NCBI GenBank assembly: GCA_050613775.1
Contig: JBODTK010000133.1
Span: 372,001 to 436,000 of the forward strand
Source of the DNA: Neocallimastix sp. 'constans'
Taxonomy: Eukaryota
Direction of reading: 5' to 3'
Length of the DNA stretch: 64,000 nt
Made by a program: the position numbers and the translations under genes. Below the pieces are notes generated by a model. The model had not been told where the DNA came from. It did no database searches and saw only the letters and a list, made by a program, of their open reading frames with translations. Of this stretch, positions 26,924-40,303 are shown in pieces (position 1 is the first letter of the stretch; every line of letters begins with the position of its first letter).

Positions 26924-27494
26924 ATCAAAATAAAGTGTATTTATTGTAATCCTTTTATTTCTTATATAACCGAACATTAGAAATGGTGGAGATATCGGGG
27001 ATATAAGAAATAAAAGTAAGGAAAGATAAATATTATAAAAAAAAAAAAAAAAAAAAAAAAGAAAAAAAGAAAATTTTTTTTTTGTTAATTATAACTATAA
27101 AAAAAAAAAAATATTAAAATTTTAGTTTATTAATTGTGATATATAAAATATAAAATTCTTATAATTACTATATATTTGCATATAGTATTTTCACAACGGT
27201 ATACTGAGTAGAGGTTGTGTAAAAATATAAAAATAATTAAATAAAAGAGAGTAGAATAGGGAAGTCTCTTGTAGAAGCGAGAGAGTAAAGGGTTTTAGAA
27301 TAAGATTATAAATTACCAGTAAGTTGGATATTGAAAAAGCCGTAAATTCCATGTTTCAATTGGTAGGCACAATAGAAAACTTTATTTATAATTGACGGTT
27401 CTAAGATCGAGGTTGAAAATCGTAGAGAGACGACCTGCGGGTTTCGAATATTTTATTTAATTATAATATATGCAAATGAAATAATAATAAATAA

Positions 27495-27535
<41 letters not shown>

Positions 27536-27792
27536 TATTTTTGATTCTTAGATATATAATTAGCAGTTGGGAATAACTGGATTATATATCTTTTATATTT
27601 CTTAATTTTAATTATAGACTGTCGAAAGAATTTCGAGTCTACTATAGGAGGAATAGACTGTCAAAAGGATTTTTGAGTCTAAAAATTAATTTATATTATA
27701 TTATAAAATCAATAATAATTACTCTATATAAAGAAAAAGAAAATTTTTTTATTAAGTTGGAATATTTATTAATACATTTTTTATTATCAAAG

Positions 27793-28707
27793 ATGACTAA
27801 CCAGGAAATAGATTTCAAATCTTTGAAAAAGGAACTCAAAGATATTGAAAAATTAACCAAGGATAACTTAGATATTAAGACTTGGGCCTCAGAAATACAA
27901 TTATGGATTGAGCTTGAAGAAGTTACTAATCCAAAAAAAATATTTATTGCATGCGTTTTAACATCTACGGGTGAACCGAGGAAGGTAATTCAAGAATTGA
28001 AGAATAATTTGGATAACTATGATAGTGATGATGAAGATGAAGATAATGATGAAAGTGACAATGAAAGTAACGGCGAAAATGATACTTCTTATCCTACATT
28101 CTCAGAGATTATTGATGCATTAGAGACGTTTTATGGCATTAAGGAAGATCAGAATTTATTAGTAAGAGAAATACGTTCCCTAAGAATAAAACGTAATGAA
28201 AAAGTGAAAGATTTTAACACACGTTTTAGATCTTTATACTTGAAACTAGACAAGAAGCATAAGAAGCAAGTAAGTGTTCTAGATTACGTGGATTCTTTAA
28301 GAAACAATGAAGAAGCATGGAAAAGAGTCTCCTTACAAGATGATATTTCTTTAAAACAAGCTTATGAAGCCGCTGAAAAGGTAGATAGATTAATGATTAA
28401 CCAAACCCGACTTACAAATCAAGAGAATTACCATCGAAACAATTATAATAGTAATAATACCTTCAAACGAAATTCTCCCTCTATACCTTATAATAAGAAA
28501 TTAGAGTCCGAAGAACTAAAGAGAACTAATGTAGATGTTGAAAGGGAAGACCTTACTAGTAAAATGAAACATTTAACTATTAAAACTTGTTTCTATTGTG
28601 AAGAAAAAGGTCATTACAGTAATCATTGTCCTAAACTTCAGTCCATTATTCAAGAAAACAAAAGAAAGTACTTCAATCAAAACCACAATATGCCTTTAAA
28701 TCAATAG
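27793..28707 (+). CDS. gag: E4 Gag
   Basis: Homologous to E1 Gag; CFYCEEKGHYSNHC; likely start MTNQEIDFKSLK. Confidence 0.9.
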   Translation: MTNQEIDFKSLKKELKDIEKLTKDNLDIKTWASEIQLWIELEEVTNPKKIFIACVLTSTGEPRKVIQELKNNLDNYDSDDEDEDNDESDNESNGENDTSYPTFSEIIDALETFYGIKEDQNLLVREIRSLRIKRNEKVKDFNTRFRSLYLKLDKKHKKQVSVLDYVDSLRNNEEAWKRVSLQDDISLKQAYEAAEKVDRLMINQTRLTNQENYHRNNYNSNNTFKRNSPSIPYNKKLESEELKRTNVDVEREDLTSKMKHLTIKTCFYCEEKGHYSNHCPKLQSIIQENKRKYFNQNHNMPLNQ

Positions 28708-31700
28708 TCGGGAGTAGAAGCACTCCCGGAACAAAAAAATTAGCTTCAATTCAATTTCACCCTAATAAAGAGATTTCCTTCCCAGATGTTCTGACAGTAA
28801 ATAAAATTGGTAGTGAGGAAGAAACGAACTCAGAAAACAATAATAGAAGTTGTAATATTAATAGTCTTTATGAAATAAATTATGACCCAGATGAGGAAGA
28901 AAATCTAAATGCAACCAATTTTACTGTGGCGGCTGCAAAAAGAAAAATAGAAAAAGTAGATGATACTATAGAAAACTATGAAAATCGTGAATACAAAAGT
29001 TTGAAAAATAATCCTAGACCAATAGCAACCCCCGCACTTCGGAAGAAGAGAGAAAGAGAATTGGAAATAAATCCCCCAAAGCAAGCTGAAAAGCAACTAC
29101 ATACTTCCTTTATAGCCCAACCAAGAAATAATAAAGAAAAGGCTAAGGCTAAAGAAGCTCGTGATAAAGAGAGAGGAAGTATAAGCATTGAACCAAAAAT
29201 CAAATCTAATGCAAAATCTACAAATAAAGATGAAACAACCCCAATAATAAATATAGGTGACGACCTAGAGGACTTAGAAAACCTCAAAGAAATAGAAACA
29301 ATTGAAAAGTTAATGGAAGAAGGAAATACGGAAAAGAAAATCTCCACCCCTAAAGTTAAACGGAAAATTCAAATGTTAGAGGATCAAGAAGAATATGATG
29401 TCTTAAAAGATTTAAATAATATAAGATGTAACATCACATTCGGACAATTAAAAAATTCTTCACCCCAAATTAGATCTCAAGTTTCTCAAGGGCTAAAGTT
29501 AGTTAAGAAAGATAAAATAGCGGGAGCAGTAGAAAATATTACTGCTATGACAGTCATGGTCAATAACGTAGACCACTCTTACAAAAGTAATAGAAAGGAA
29601 ATCCAAGAGGATGATATTGCCATGGTTGACTGCACAGTTGAAGGCATTAAAGGTAAACTCTTAATCGACTCTTGTAGTAATCTAAATATAATAACTCGAA
29701 AATATTTAGACAAAATTCCAAGAAACTTTGAACCAATTGGTATAAGCTGTGGTCGCATCCGTCTTGCTACTAACAATGATGAGTACTCAGAGAGTGTCAT
29801 AATTAGAGTACCTATTCGAATTAACAATTTTACTATGACTGTAAATTGTCGAATTGTAGAAAAAGAAGATCCATTCTATGATGTTTTAATAAATCTTAAA
29901 ACACAAGCTGTTCATAGATTATTCATACATCCTGTATTAAACAGTCTTTGTAGATTCTCAACTGAAGGATTCATTGAAAAGATTGCACAGTTAAATAATG
30001 ATTTTGAAGACGAACCAAAACTTTTATGTTCAGTAACAAAAATTGACGATAAAGAAGAAGTCAATATTAAAGCAAAGTTAAAAACCATTGAAGGATTACC
30101 TCCCTTAGATTATATACATAATGATATTTTTAAATACTCTGAATAAAGACTTTCAAGACAAAATTCTTAAATTATTGGAGGATAACATAGAAATTGTTGC
30201 GACTTCCTCAGAAGAATTAACACCATCAGATTTGACTCCCCATAAAATTGAATTAAAAGAAGGAACTAAACCGGTTAAGCAGAAGAGTTATAAGCTAACA
30301 AAATTTAAATCTGATATTCTGAAAGAATTACTGATTGACCTAATTGAGAGGAGATTAATTGAACCCTCTCATTCAACTTGGAGTTCTCCAGTAGTATTGG
30401 TTCCAAAACCAAATGGAAAATGGAGATTATGCGTAGATTACAGAAAAGTTAACGAAGCCACTGAAAAAGACTCTTATGCATTACCTTATATCGATGAAAT
30501 ATTTGATAGTCTACAAGGCGCAAAAATTTTTACTACCATGGATCTTTACTCTGGTTACCATCAGATATTAATGAATGATGAAAGTGTAGAGATCACTACC
30601 TTTACTACTAAATTCGGAAATTATCAATTCAAAGTCATGCCTTTTGGTCTCACGAACGCTCCAGCTACCTTTCAACGTGAGATGAATCAAATTCTTTTTC
30701 CTTTAATAGGTGTATGTGTATACAATTTTATCGATGACATACTGATATATTCTAAAAGTGTTGAAGAACATCTTATCCATATCCAACAAGTCCTTGAAAT
30801 CTTTCGTAAACACAAATTGAAAATCAATATAGAAAAATGCCAATTCTTTAGGACAGAAGTAGAAATACTTGGTCATAAACTATCTACAAAAGGATTAAGT
30901 CCAATGGAAAGTAAAATAGAAGCTATTAAAAAGTGGAATCCTCCCACTAATATTCACGAACTAAGGTCATTCTTAGGGACAGTCGGTTACTACCAAAAAT
31001 TCATTTTTAATTATTCTAAAATAACGGCTCCCTTATGTAAACTTTTACGTAAGAATACAAAGTATGTCTGGAATGACGAACAACAAATATGTTTCGAAAA
31101 GCTGAAAGAATGTTTAATAAATGCACCTATCCTTAAATTTCCCGATTTTAGTAAACCCTTTATTATCAGAACAGATGCCTCCTATGATGGACTCGGAGGA
31201 GTATTACTTCAAAAGGATGAAATCACTGGTAAAGAACATCCTGCTCATTATATAAGTCGTACCTTATCGAAGTCAGAGAAAAATTATGGAATAACAGACT
31301 TGGAAGGTTTAGCTTTATACTTCGCTTTAGAAAAGTTAAAATCATACATTATGGGAAATCCGCACACTACCATAATTTATACTGATCATAGACCTTTACT
31401 TGGACTTTTTAAGAACAAGGAACCGAAAAATGCTCGACAAACAAGATGGTGTTTAACAGCAAGTTCCTTAGGTGTTGATATTCGTTACGAACCTGGAAAA
31501 AAGAATGTCTTAGCCGATGCATTGTCTCGAATGAAGAGTGAAAAGGATAAGAAATTGCTAGCCATGAAAGTTACACAAGAAAAAGATGAAACATTATTAT
31601 CTAAAGTAATTAAAGACTTTATATCGGAAAAATTTACCACTATTGACGGTGAAGACTATTTTGTAGATGGAAATAATTATAGGAAATTGGTCACTGATAC

Positions 31701-32751
31701 AGCCGAAAAAGTTAAACTGATCTTGGCAGCTCATGACATTGGTCATGAAGGCTATTACAAAACTTACCAAAGGCTAAAGAAAAGCTATTACTGGAACAAT
31801 ATGATAATCGATGTCAAAAGAATAATTGGTAAGTGTGAAAAATGCCAACTCAATAGACCGCAACCCTACCCTGATCCTACAGAAGATACTCCAACTAAAG
31901 TAGAAGGACCTTTTGTACATTTAGGATTAGACATTATAGGTCCGCTTGTGAAAACTAAGAATAATAAACAGTATATCTTAGTAGTTGTTGACTACTTTAC
32001 GAAGTGGGTTGAAGCGGAAGCTACTGAAACTATTACTTCCCAAGATGTGATTAAATTTCTCATAAATGTGTTCGCCCGACATGGTGTTCCGCAAATCATC
32101 ACTACTGATAATGGGGTGCAATTTACCTCTGACATGACTAAAGTTTTTCTAGATTTATATGATGTCTACATAAAATTCGTTTCTACCTATCATCCGGAAT
32201 CAAACGGTTTAACCGAAAATAGGAATAAAGAGATAGGTAAATTACTTCGATTGCTAGGAGAAAAGAATAAAGACTGGGATGAGATATTACCTTCTGCGTT
32301 ATGGGCCCTCAGAACAACTAAAAATTCAGTTACCAACCACTCTAGCTTTGAACTAGTATACGGAAGAGAAGATCAGCAACCATTCGACATTGCTGCTAGA
32401 CCAACAAAAGACCTATATAAATCTTCGGATGAAGTATTGCTAGAAAAATTTGTTTCACATTACAGATGGGTTTTAGAAGCTGCCGAGAATAGTAAAAACG
32501 CAAGTAAATACTGGGCAACTAGGAGAGAAGAAAAGAATAGCCTAAATCAAGGAAAAAGAATAGCTGTTGGCGATTTAGTACTAGTTCGAAATTTTAACCG
32601 CACAAAGCTTGAACCATATTTCGTAGGTCCTTTAAAAGTCATTAAGAAACAATATAATACCTTAACTTTAGCTGATCCAAATACCGGAATCCAATTAAAT
32701 AGAAATGTCCATTTGAAGAATATAGTAAAGTATAATTCAGCCTCCATTTAG
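28695..32751 (+). pseudogene. pol: E4 Pol with one frameshift near 30130
   Basis: ORF 28926-30146 (protease LLIDSCS) and ORF 30121-32751 (RT FIDD, RNase H, integrase) overlap in different frames at a T/A run. This could be an assembly error. Confidence 0.88.
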
Positions 32752-33495
32752 CCTGAATTTATGCGAGGGCATCTTGAAAAAGAACAAAACAATAATTATT
32801 AAATTGTAATAATTTTCATAATATATTACAAATATTCCAATTATAATTATTATTGATTTCTTATTAAACTAAACTTTCCTATATTCTTCTTTCATGGAAA
32901 TTCTAAAATATTGATAGTAAATATTATTATTTTTCTAAAAGTTTCTAAAAGATTTCTATATTAAGAATCCCTTAAATAAATTCTATAAATTTTTAGAAAA
33001 TTCTAAATAATTAAAATAAAAATATTGGTTGATTATTAAAATATATATATATAAAAAAAAAAAAAAAAAAAATTTTTTTTAGAATAAATTAGTAATAAAT
33101 ATATTATATATTGTAATTATTATTACCAATTAAAAAAAAAAAAAAAAAAAAAAAATTTTTTTTTACTAATAAAATTTAAAATTATTAGTAATGACTTTCT
33201 AACGTTTTCGAAAAGATTTTATCATATTTATTCAATTATACTCTTAATAAATATAAAATATATTGAATAATTATTAAAATCAATTTCAAAAATCCTAATT
33301 TTAATTCAAACTCTTTTTTTTTATTGAGGCTTTACAATTAAAAATAAAATTGAAAAAGTATAAATAGACCTATGTCTACTCAAAAAAAAAAAAAAGCAGA
33401 ATCTTTCCTTAGATTATAATAAGATTACTAACAAAATTAAAATAATAAAAATAAAATTAATAATAAGAATATTTTTAGTTAGTTTTAAATAGTTT

Positions 33496-33568
<73 letters not shown>

Positions 33569-33844
33569 TAGTTTTAAATAGTTTAGTTTTAAAATAGTTT
33601 AGTTTGTTTAGTTTTAAATAGTTTAGTTTTGATAGTTAGTTATTTAATTAAATTTTTAGTTATAATAGTTTAGTTAATATTATTAAGTAATTTATTTAGT
33701 TTAGTGCATAATTTAATAAATAGTTTTATTTAGTTATATAAAAATAAAAAAAAAAAAAAAATTTTATTGTTTAATAAATAATAGTAATAATTAATTTTCT
33801 TATTAGCTAAAAAAAAATATAAACAAATAAACACATAAACAAAT

Positions 33845-33886
<42 letters not shown>

Positions 33887-34934
33887 ATCAAAATAAAGTG
33901 TATTTATTGTAATCCTTTTATTTCTTATATAACCGAACATGATTGATAAATAACCAAATTATAAATTAAGAAAAATCAATAAAATGGAATAATAACCCTC
34001 TTAATTAGTTATTGATAATTATAAAATAATATTTTAATAAAAATAAATTAAAAGATTTAAAATTATTAAATAAATATTATTTTAATTTAAAGAACGATGT
34101 ATTTTATATTAAATTATTCTTTTATTTTACTTTAACGATTTTAAATTAAATCTCAGTTTAAATTGATATTAATATTAATTAAAAAGAAACTTATTAATAA
34201 TAACAAAATTGTTTATTTTATCTTAAAAGTGTTTACTTAAAATAATTATATAGTTTTATTTTAAATAATTTAAACTTAAAAGAAAAATATAAAAACATGT
34301 AAATATTTCTTTAAAAATAAAAAATCAGAATTCAAGAATTAAAAATTTAAAATTTAAGTTTTAATAAATTATTTTCTTTTATTCTCATTTATTTTAAATA
34401 CTTTTTATTAAGAATATAAATATTCAAAATAATAAAAAGTACAATTTTATATTGATAAATAAAGTTTTATTATAAAAAAAAAAACAAATATTCTTTTCTT
34501 ATTTTAAACTGTAGTGTTTTAATTAACATTTTTGTGTTAATAACTACCCTTTTAATTGACAAATTATTATCACTTTTAGAAGTAAATTCTAAATTAAGAT
34601 AATAATCAACATTTGTCAAACTGGTGGAGAATCCTAACTAAGCCCGGTGAGGTAAGTAGAATTCTTTATTCTATAAAAAAAAAAAAAATTAAAACCCAAT
34701 GAGGTAATTAAAGTTATTCTTATGTAAAACCCAATGAGGTAAAATACTTAAGTGAAAATTAATAATAAATAAAAGAAAACCATTAAATCATAGTTATAAA
34801 ATATTTAGCAGAAATTAATTAAAATAGATTAATGTAATAATTAATTTAAAATTATTGATATAATTATTTTAAAAAAAATTATAAGTTACACAATTAATAA
34901 AAATATAGTAAATTAAATTATAATTAATTATTAT

Positions 34935-35002
<68 letters not shown>

Positions 35003-35201
35003 TAACCATTATAGAACTAGTAATAATATATAATTTTTAGATATTAAAAATTAATCTTAGTTTATATATAAAACAAAGAAAAGATAATATATATTAAATG
35101 AAGAAAATAATAAAATAAGTTAAATAATATAAATAAGTTAAATAATATAAATATAAATAAGTAAAATAATACAAATAATATAAGTAAATAATATATATAT
35201 A

Positions 35202-35244
<43 letters not shown>

Positions 35245-35333
35245 AATATACATATATAGTGATACAATAAAGTAGCATATATAAGTAAAATAAAATAAAA
35301 TAAAAATATATATAAAAAAAAAAAAAAAAAAAA

Positions 35334-36284
35334 ATGGAAAATCAAATAAAATTAATAACGTTCAACAGACTTCCCATTCTCGGAAAAACAAAAGTTGTAT
35401 TCGATGAATGGAAGTTTGCATTCGAACATTGGTGTCTTACTTTTAAAGTAAGCGAAGAAAGAGAGAAAATAGATTATTTAATTGCAATAACAGATGGTGT
35501 TGCAAGGACAATAGTTTATAATTCTCTAAATAAAAAAATACCAGATGAATATGATACTATATTAACAAATTTAGCAAAGTATTATAAGAAAACTGCGTCA
35601 AAGAATTCCAGACTTCTGGAACTTTCATCTATTACTATACGTAAAGATGAAACAATTACAGACTTTGACATACGATTCTCTGAATTGCTAAACCAAATAA
35701 GTAAAACTGTGGTAATCTCAGATGTTATCGTAACATCTTATTATATAAATGCTTTTCGTAATTGGAATAAAATATACGAAAGCTTAATGGAGGAAGAACC
35801 AACAACCTTAGAAGAAGCTCAGAAAATCACTTCGAAGAAAGAAAAGATTATGAACCTTATTAAAGAAAATAAAAATAAAAATCCTTCAAAAGAGAAAACT
35901 ACTAGCCATAATTCTACAAAAAGGCAATCCGAAAGTTCTTATATTAATTTTTATTCTCCAAATAATAAAAATAAGGAAGGAAATAATAATAACGCTAATA
36001 GTTCAACGTATGGATATCAAAATAAAAATTTTTATAATAATAAATCCTATAATAGTAACTACAATAATAAGTACAATAATTATTATCAATATAAAGAACA
36101 ATTAAATAAAAATACTAATAATAATAGAAATAATGCAAAACAAAACATAAATGATGAAGAAATAAAAGAAATAACACAAAAGCTCTCTGACTTAAAAATT
36201 AATTTTTGCGTAAATTGTATGAGGATCGGACATAATGAAGTTGACTGCCCAGAATCTGAACAAAATGATGAACGTTTAAAATAA
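35334..36284 (+). CDS. gag: E5 Gag
   Basis: CVNCMRIGHNEVDC knuckle; lies between PBS and pol. Confidence 0.9.
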   Translation: MENQIKLITFNRLPILGKTKVVFDEWKFAFEHWCLTFKVSEEREKIDYLIAITDGVARTIVYNSLNKKIPDEYDTILTNLAKYYKKTASKNSRLLELSSITIRKDETITDFDIRFSELLNQISKTVVISDVIVTSYYINAFRNWNKIYESLMEEEPTTLEEAQKITSKKEKIMNLIKENKNKNPSKEKTTSHNSTKRQSESSYINFYSPNNKNKEGNNNNANSSTYGYQNKNFYNNKSYNSNYNNKYNNYYQYKEQLNKNTNNNRNNAKQNINDEEIKEITQKLSDLKINFCVNCMRIGHNEVDCPESEQNDERLK

Positions 36285-39200
36285 ATAATGGGAGTACGCA
36301 ATCTCCCAATATAAATAAAATTGCAAATACAATAAATTCCAATAATAACAATAACATATACACAATTAATGCCGCACAAAAAAAAAAGATTACAACTTCA
36401 AATCAATTGAATAAAAACAAAATAAAATTATCAAATAAATCAATTATTAAACCTTCAATATTAAACCAACCCAAAATTAAAATAGTAAAACAACAAAAAA
36501 GAGAAATTAGAGACAAAAGAAGAAGAGCCATGGATATAGATGATAATGAAGAAGAATACTCCAACCAGAATGAAAATAACGAAACTAATAATAATCAAGA
36601 AATAGAAAATAAAAATAATCTTGAGGAAAGTATAAATCTTAATAATAATCATAGTTATGATGGTATTATTAATAATAATGACAGTAATGGAATTAGTAAT
36701 AATAATGATAATAATACAAATAATACAAATAATACAAATAATACAAATAATACCAATAATACAAATAATACAAATAATACAAATAATAAAAATAATAAAA
36801 ATAATAAAAATAATTATGATAATAAGAATAATGATGATAATAAAAATGATAATAGTAATAAAGATAATGAAAATTATAAAAATAAAAATGAAATAAAAAC
36901 AAATAATGTAATTGATTTAGATAAAGATAATTATAATGAAAATAAGCCAACAAAATTTATTACTAAAAGGAATATGACTGAAATAAAATTATTAGATAAA
37001 GAACAAAAGTTTAATATTATTGAAGAAATCAAATCAATCTATCCAAAAATTAATTTAGCACAGCTATTAGCAGCAAGTCCAGCAATAAGAAAAGAATTGG
37101 AACAGGGTCTAAAGCCAAGAGTAGAAAGAATTTTATGTTCTATAGCGAATTTTAATATACCGATTATCATTGGGGAAATAAATAACCAACCTTTTAAAGT
37201 ATTATTTGATACTGGTGCAAATATTAATATAATTACCTTAGAAAGTTTTAATAAAACTGAATTAAATAACATAGTAAAAACTGAAGAAACAATTACCATT
37301 GCTCTAGCTGATGGAACATTAATACCAACTCAATATTATACAACTATAAAATTAAAAATAAGTGAAAATTTAACCATTAATGAAAAATTTTATATTATAG
37401 ACTATACAAATAATTATTATGATTTAATTATAGGAAGAAGTATACAAAAGAAATATAGATTATTAATTGACCCAGATGATGATTTTATTTACAAGAAGAC
37501 TGATAAAGGTTTAATTAAAGTTAGCGAAATTATTAATAGTAAACAGGACATACCTTTAATTAATTCAATTATTATTTCAAACGAAGAAGAAAATGAATTT
37601 ATGAATACTCTTAACGAAATAATTAACGAAGTACCAATTGAAATAAAGGAAGAATTTAAAATTTTAATATTAAATAATCAAAAGTGTATGGCAACTTCTC
37701 TTTCTCAATTAACAACTGCAAATTTGCATCCTCATAATATAATAACAACTACCAATGTACCAATAAAATTAAAACCGTACAAATTATCAAAGGAACATTC
37801 AAATATTCTTAAGGAGGAAATAATATCATTATTAAACAAAGGACTAATAGAACCTTCCCATTCACCATGGGCATTCCCAGTATTACTTGTTCAAAAGAAA
37901 AATGGAAAATGGAGAATGTGTATTGATTATAGAAAACTGAATAATATTACAATAAAAGATTCTTATGCCTTGCCTCTCATTGACGAATTAGTAACATCAG
38001 TAAAGGGTGCAAAAATATTTTCCGCATTGGATTTATTTTCTGGTTACCACCAAATACCAATGAATAAGAAAGATATCGAGAAAACATCATTCACCACAAA
38101 ATTTGGAAATTACAATTTTTTAGTAATGCCTTTTGGACTCACAAATGCGCCAGCGACATTCCAACGAGAAATGAATCGGATATTGCTACCATTAATAGGT
38201 GAATGCTTATTTGTCTATATTGACGATATCGTGGTTTATTCTAAGAATTTAAAAGAGCACATAAAACACTTAAAATTAGTATTCGATATATTCTCAAAAT
38301 ATAATTTATCAATAAATTTACAAAAGTGTCAATTTTTTAAAGAAAAAGTCGAAGTTTTAGGACATGTACTAACAGCTGATGGATTAAAAACTGCACCATC
38401 AAAAGTCCAAAGTATTGCCTTATGGGAAAACCCAAAGAATATTTCTCAATTAAGATCATTTCTTGGTTTGGTAAGTTATTACAGAAAATTTATAAAAAAC
38501 TTTTCTATTAGAGCTAGTCCACTATTCAAACTTTTAAAGAAAAATAATAATTACAATTGGAATAATGATTGTACCTTAGCATTTGAAGATTTAAGAAATT
38601 GTCTCTTGAAAGATCCAATACTTGCCTTTCCTGATTTCAATAGGCCATTCATTATTAGAACAGATGCTTCTATCAAAGGAATCGGGGGTGTACTCTTGCA
38701 ACGGGAGGAAGATAAATTGGAACATCCAATTTATTGTGTTAGCAGATCCTTAAAGCCTGCAGAAGAAAATTATTCTATAACCGATTTGGAAGGCTTAGCA
38801 GTTATTTATAGTTTAAAGAAATTCCGCGAATATATTGTAAGTAATAAACAAATAACAACAGTAATTACTGACCATAAGCCACTTTTAGGTTTTTTTGAAA
38901 ATAGCATACCAACCAAAAATAGACATTTTAGATGGATAGAAGAATTTAATAAATATAAAATAAAATTAATATACGAAAAAGGAAAGTCTAACATATTCGC
39001 AGATGCTTTATCTAGATTACCATCAAAACAAAATGAAAGTGTTACAAATTGTATTAATGCTATTTTAAGTGATATCAACCCAAGAGATTTAGACTTACCA
39101 GAAGGTATAAGAAAATATTTTAGCAAAAATTATCAAATAATAGATAACACTTTATATTATAAAAAAAACGATTTATATTTAAAAGTCATTTATAGAGATC

Positions 39201-40303
39201 AAGACAAGAAAGATATTATTGATAGAGCTCATAACGTCGGCCATGAAGGTGCTGAAAAGACTACTTTAAGAATTTTAGAATCATACTACTGGCCTGGAAT
39301 ATGGAACGATGTTAGAATGTGGGTTCGATCATGCCACAAGTGTCAACTATTTAGACCCAAATCACTACCACAAAATACAGAAGATCATATTACACCAATT
39401 GAAAAACCTTTTACCAGAGTAGGACTAGATATTATCGGACCGTTACCAGCCACAAAACAAGGTAATAAATATATAATTACTTTAGTTGATTACTTTACTA
39501 AATGGCCAGAAGCCAAAGCTATACCAGATATTAAATCAGAACAGGTAATTAAATTTTTAACAGAAGTAATAGCAAGACATGGACCACCAGAAATAATCAT
39601 AACAGACAATGGATCCTCATTCATTTCGGATATCACAAAAATGATGATCGATTTATATGGATCATGGGTACATTTTATTGCACCACACCATCCACAATCA
39701 AATGGAATGATAGAAAACAGAAATAGAGAGATTGGAAAAATATTACGATTATTAATAACGGAAGAACAGGAATGGGACGAATGTCTTCCATCAGTCTTAT
39801 GGGCACTTAGAACAACAAAAAGTTCAAAAACTAAATTCAGCAGTTTTGAACTATTATATGGAAGAAGGGATACTTGGCCAATGGAAATCATGTTTCCGGA
39901 TATTCACCAAGAAGAAGGAGAAACAGAAGACGAATTTAATTTTCGAAGATTTTTAAGACATTACAAATGGGTAAAAGAAGCAATAGGATATTCAGAATAT
40001 GCTAATAAATATTGGGAACACAGAATAGGTTTCAATAAAGCCTTAAAGAAACAATACAAAATTGGAGACTATGTGATGATAAGATTAATTAACAGGACAA
40101 AGTTAGACCCTTACTTTTACGGACCATTTAGGGTTGTAAAAGAACCAAAATTCAACACAGTAGTATTAGAAGACCCACAAACTGGAAAATTACTTGCAAG
40201 AAACGTACATATTAAAAATGTTTATCCATATACAATAAGAGAAGAAAATATTACAACTTCAAGAGACGAAGTTCAATCTGATGGTGGAGGAATTGATAAA
40301 TAA
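36275..40303 (+). CDS. pol: E5 Pol, entered by -1 frameshift; uninterrupted
   Basis: Open from heptamer TTTAAAA at 36275. Protease LFDTGA, RT YIDD, RNase H, HHCC, DDE integrase, GPF motif. Confidence 0.95.
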   Translation, partial: FKINNGSTQSPNINKIANTINSNNNNNIYTINAAQKKKITTSNQLNKNKIKLSNKSIIKPSILNQPKIKIVKQQKREIRDKRRRAMDIDDNEEEYSNQNENNETNNNQEIENKNNLEESINLNNNHSYDGIINNNDSNGISNNNDNNTNNTNNTNNTNNTNNTNNTNNTNNKNNKNNKNNYDNKNNDDNKNDNSNKDNENYKNKNEIKTNNVIDLDKDNYNENKPTKFITKRNMTEIKLLDKEQKFNIIEEIKSIYPKINLAQLLAASPAIRKELEQGLKPRVERILCSIANFNIPIIIGEINNQPFKVLFDTGANINIITLESFNKTELNNIVKTEETITIALADGTLIPTQYYTTIKLKISENLTINEKFYIIDYTNNYYDLIIGRSIQKKYRLLIDPDDDFIYKKTDKGLIKVSEIINSKQDIPLINSIIISNEEENEFMNTLNEIINEVPIEIKEEFKILILNNQKCMATSLSQLTTANLHPHNIITTTNVPIKLKPYKLSKEHSNILKEEIISLLNKGLIEPSHSPWAFPVLLVQKKNGKWRMCIDYRKLNNITIKDSYALPLIDELVTSVKGAKIFSALDLFSGYHQIPMNKKDIEKTSFTTKFGNYNFLVMPFGLTNAPATFQREMNRILLPLIGECLFVYIDDIVVYSKNLKEHIKHLKLVFDIFSKYNLSINLQKCQFFKEKVEVLGHVLTADGLKTAPSKVQSIALWENPKNISQLRSFLGLVSYYRKFIKNFSIRASPLFKLLKKNNNYNWNNDCTLAFEDLRNCLLKDPILAFPDFNRPFIIRTDASIKGIGGVLLQREEDKLEHPIYCVSRSLKPAEENYSITDLEGLAVIYSLKKFREYIVSNKQITTVITDHKPLLGFFENSIPTKNRHFRWIEEFNKYKIKLIYEKGKSNIFADALSRLPSKQNESVTNCINAILSDINPRDLDLPEGIRKYFSKNYQIIDNTLYYKKNDLYLKVIYRDQDKKDIIDRAHNVGHEGAEKTTLRILESYYWPGIWNDVRMWVRSCHKCQLFRPKSLPQNTEDHITPIEKPFTRVGLDIIGPLPATKQGNKYIITLVDYFTKWPEAKAIPDIKSEQVIKFLTEVIARHGPPEIIITDNGSSFISDITKMMIDLYGSWVHFIAPHHPQSNGMIENRNREIGKILRLLITEEQEWDECLPSVLWALRTTKSSKTKFSSFELLYGRRDTWPMEIMFPDIHQEEGETEDEFNFRRFLRHYKWVKEAIGYSEYANKYWEHRIGFNKALKKQYKIGDYVMIRLINRTKLDPYFYGPFRVVKEPKFNTVVLEDPQTGKLLARNVHIKNVYPYTIREENITTSRDEVQSDGGGIDK

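Larger units (their letters stand above)
25824..33939 (+). mobile_element. E4: gypsy element, TSD TGAT
   Basis: LTRs 25824-26976 and 32775-33939 (differ mainly in poly-A length), PBS at 26984, PPT GAGGGCATCT, TGAT at 25820-25823 and 33940-33943. Confidence 0.95.

Noticed and set aside
27348..27402. Group II intron domain V (AGCCGT...ACGGTT)
   Set aside because: The spacing is too long for DV and no other intron features are present.
30121..30146. Second programmed frameshift in E4 pol (TTTAAAT)
   Set aside because: The required shift is +1/-2, no stimulator follows, and homologues are continuous here. It is a mutation or assembly error.
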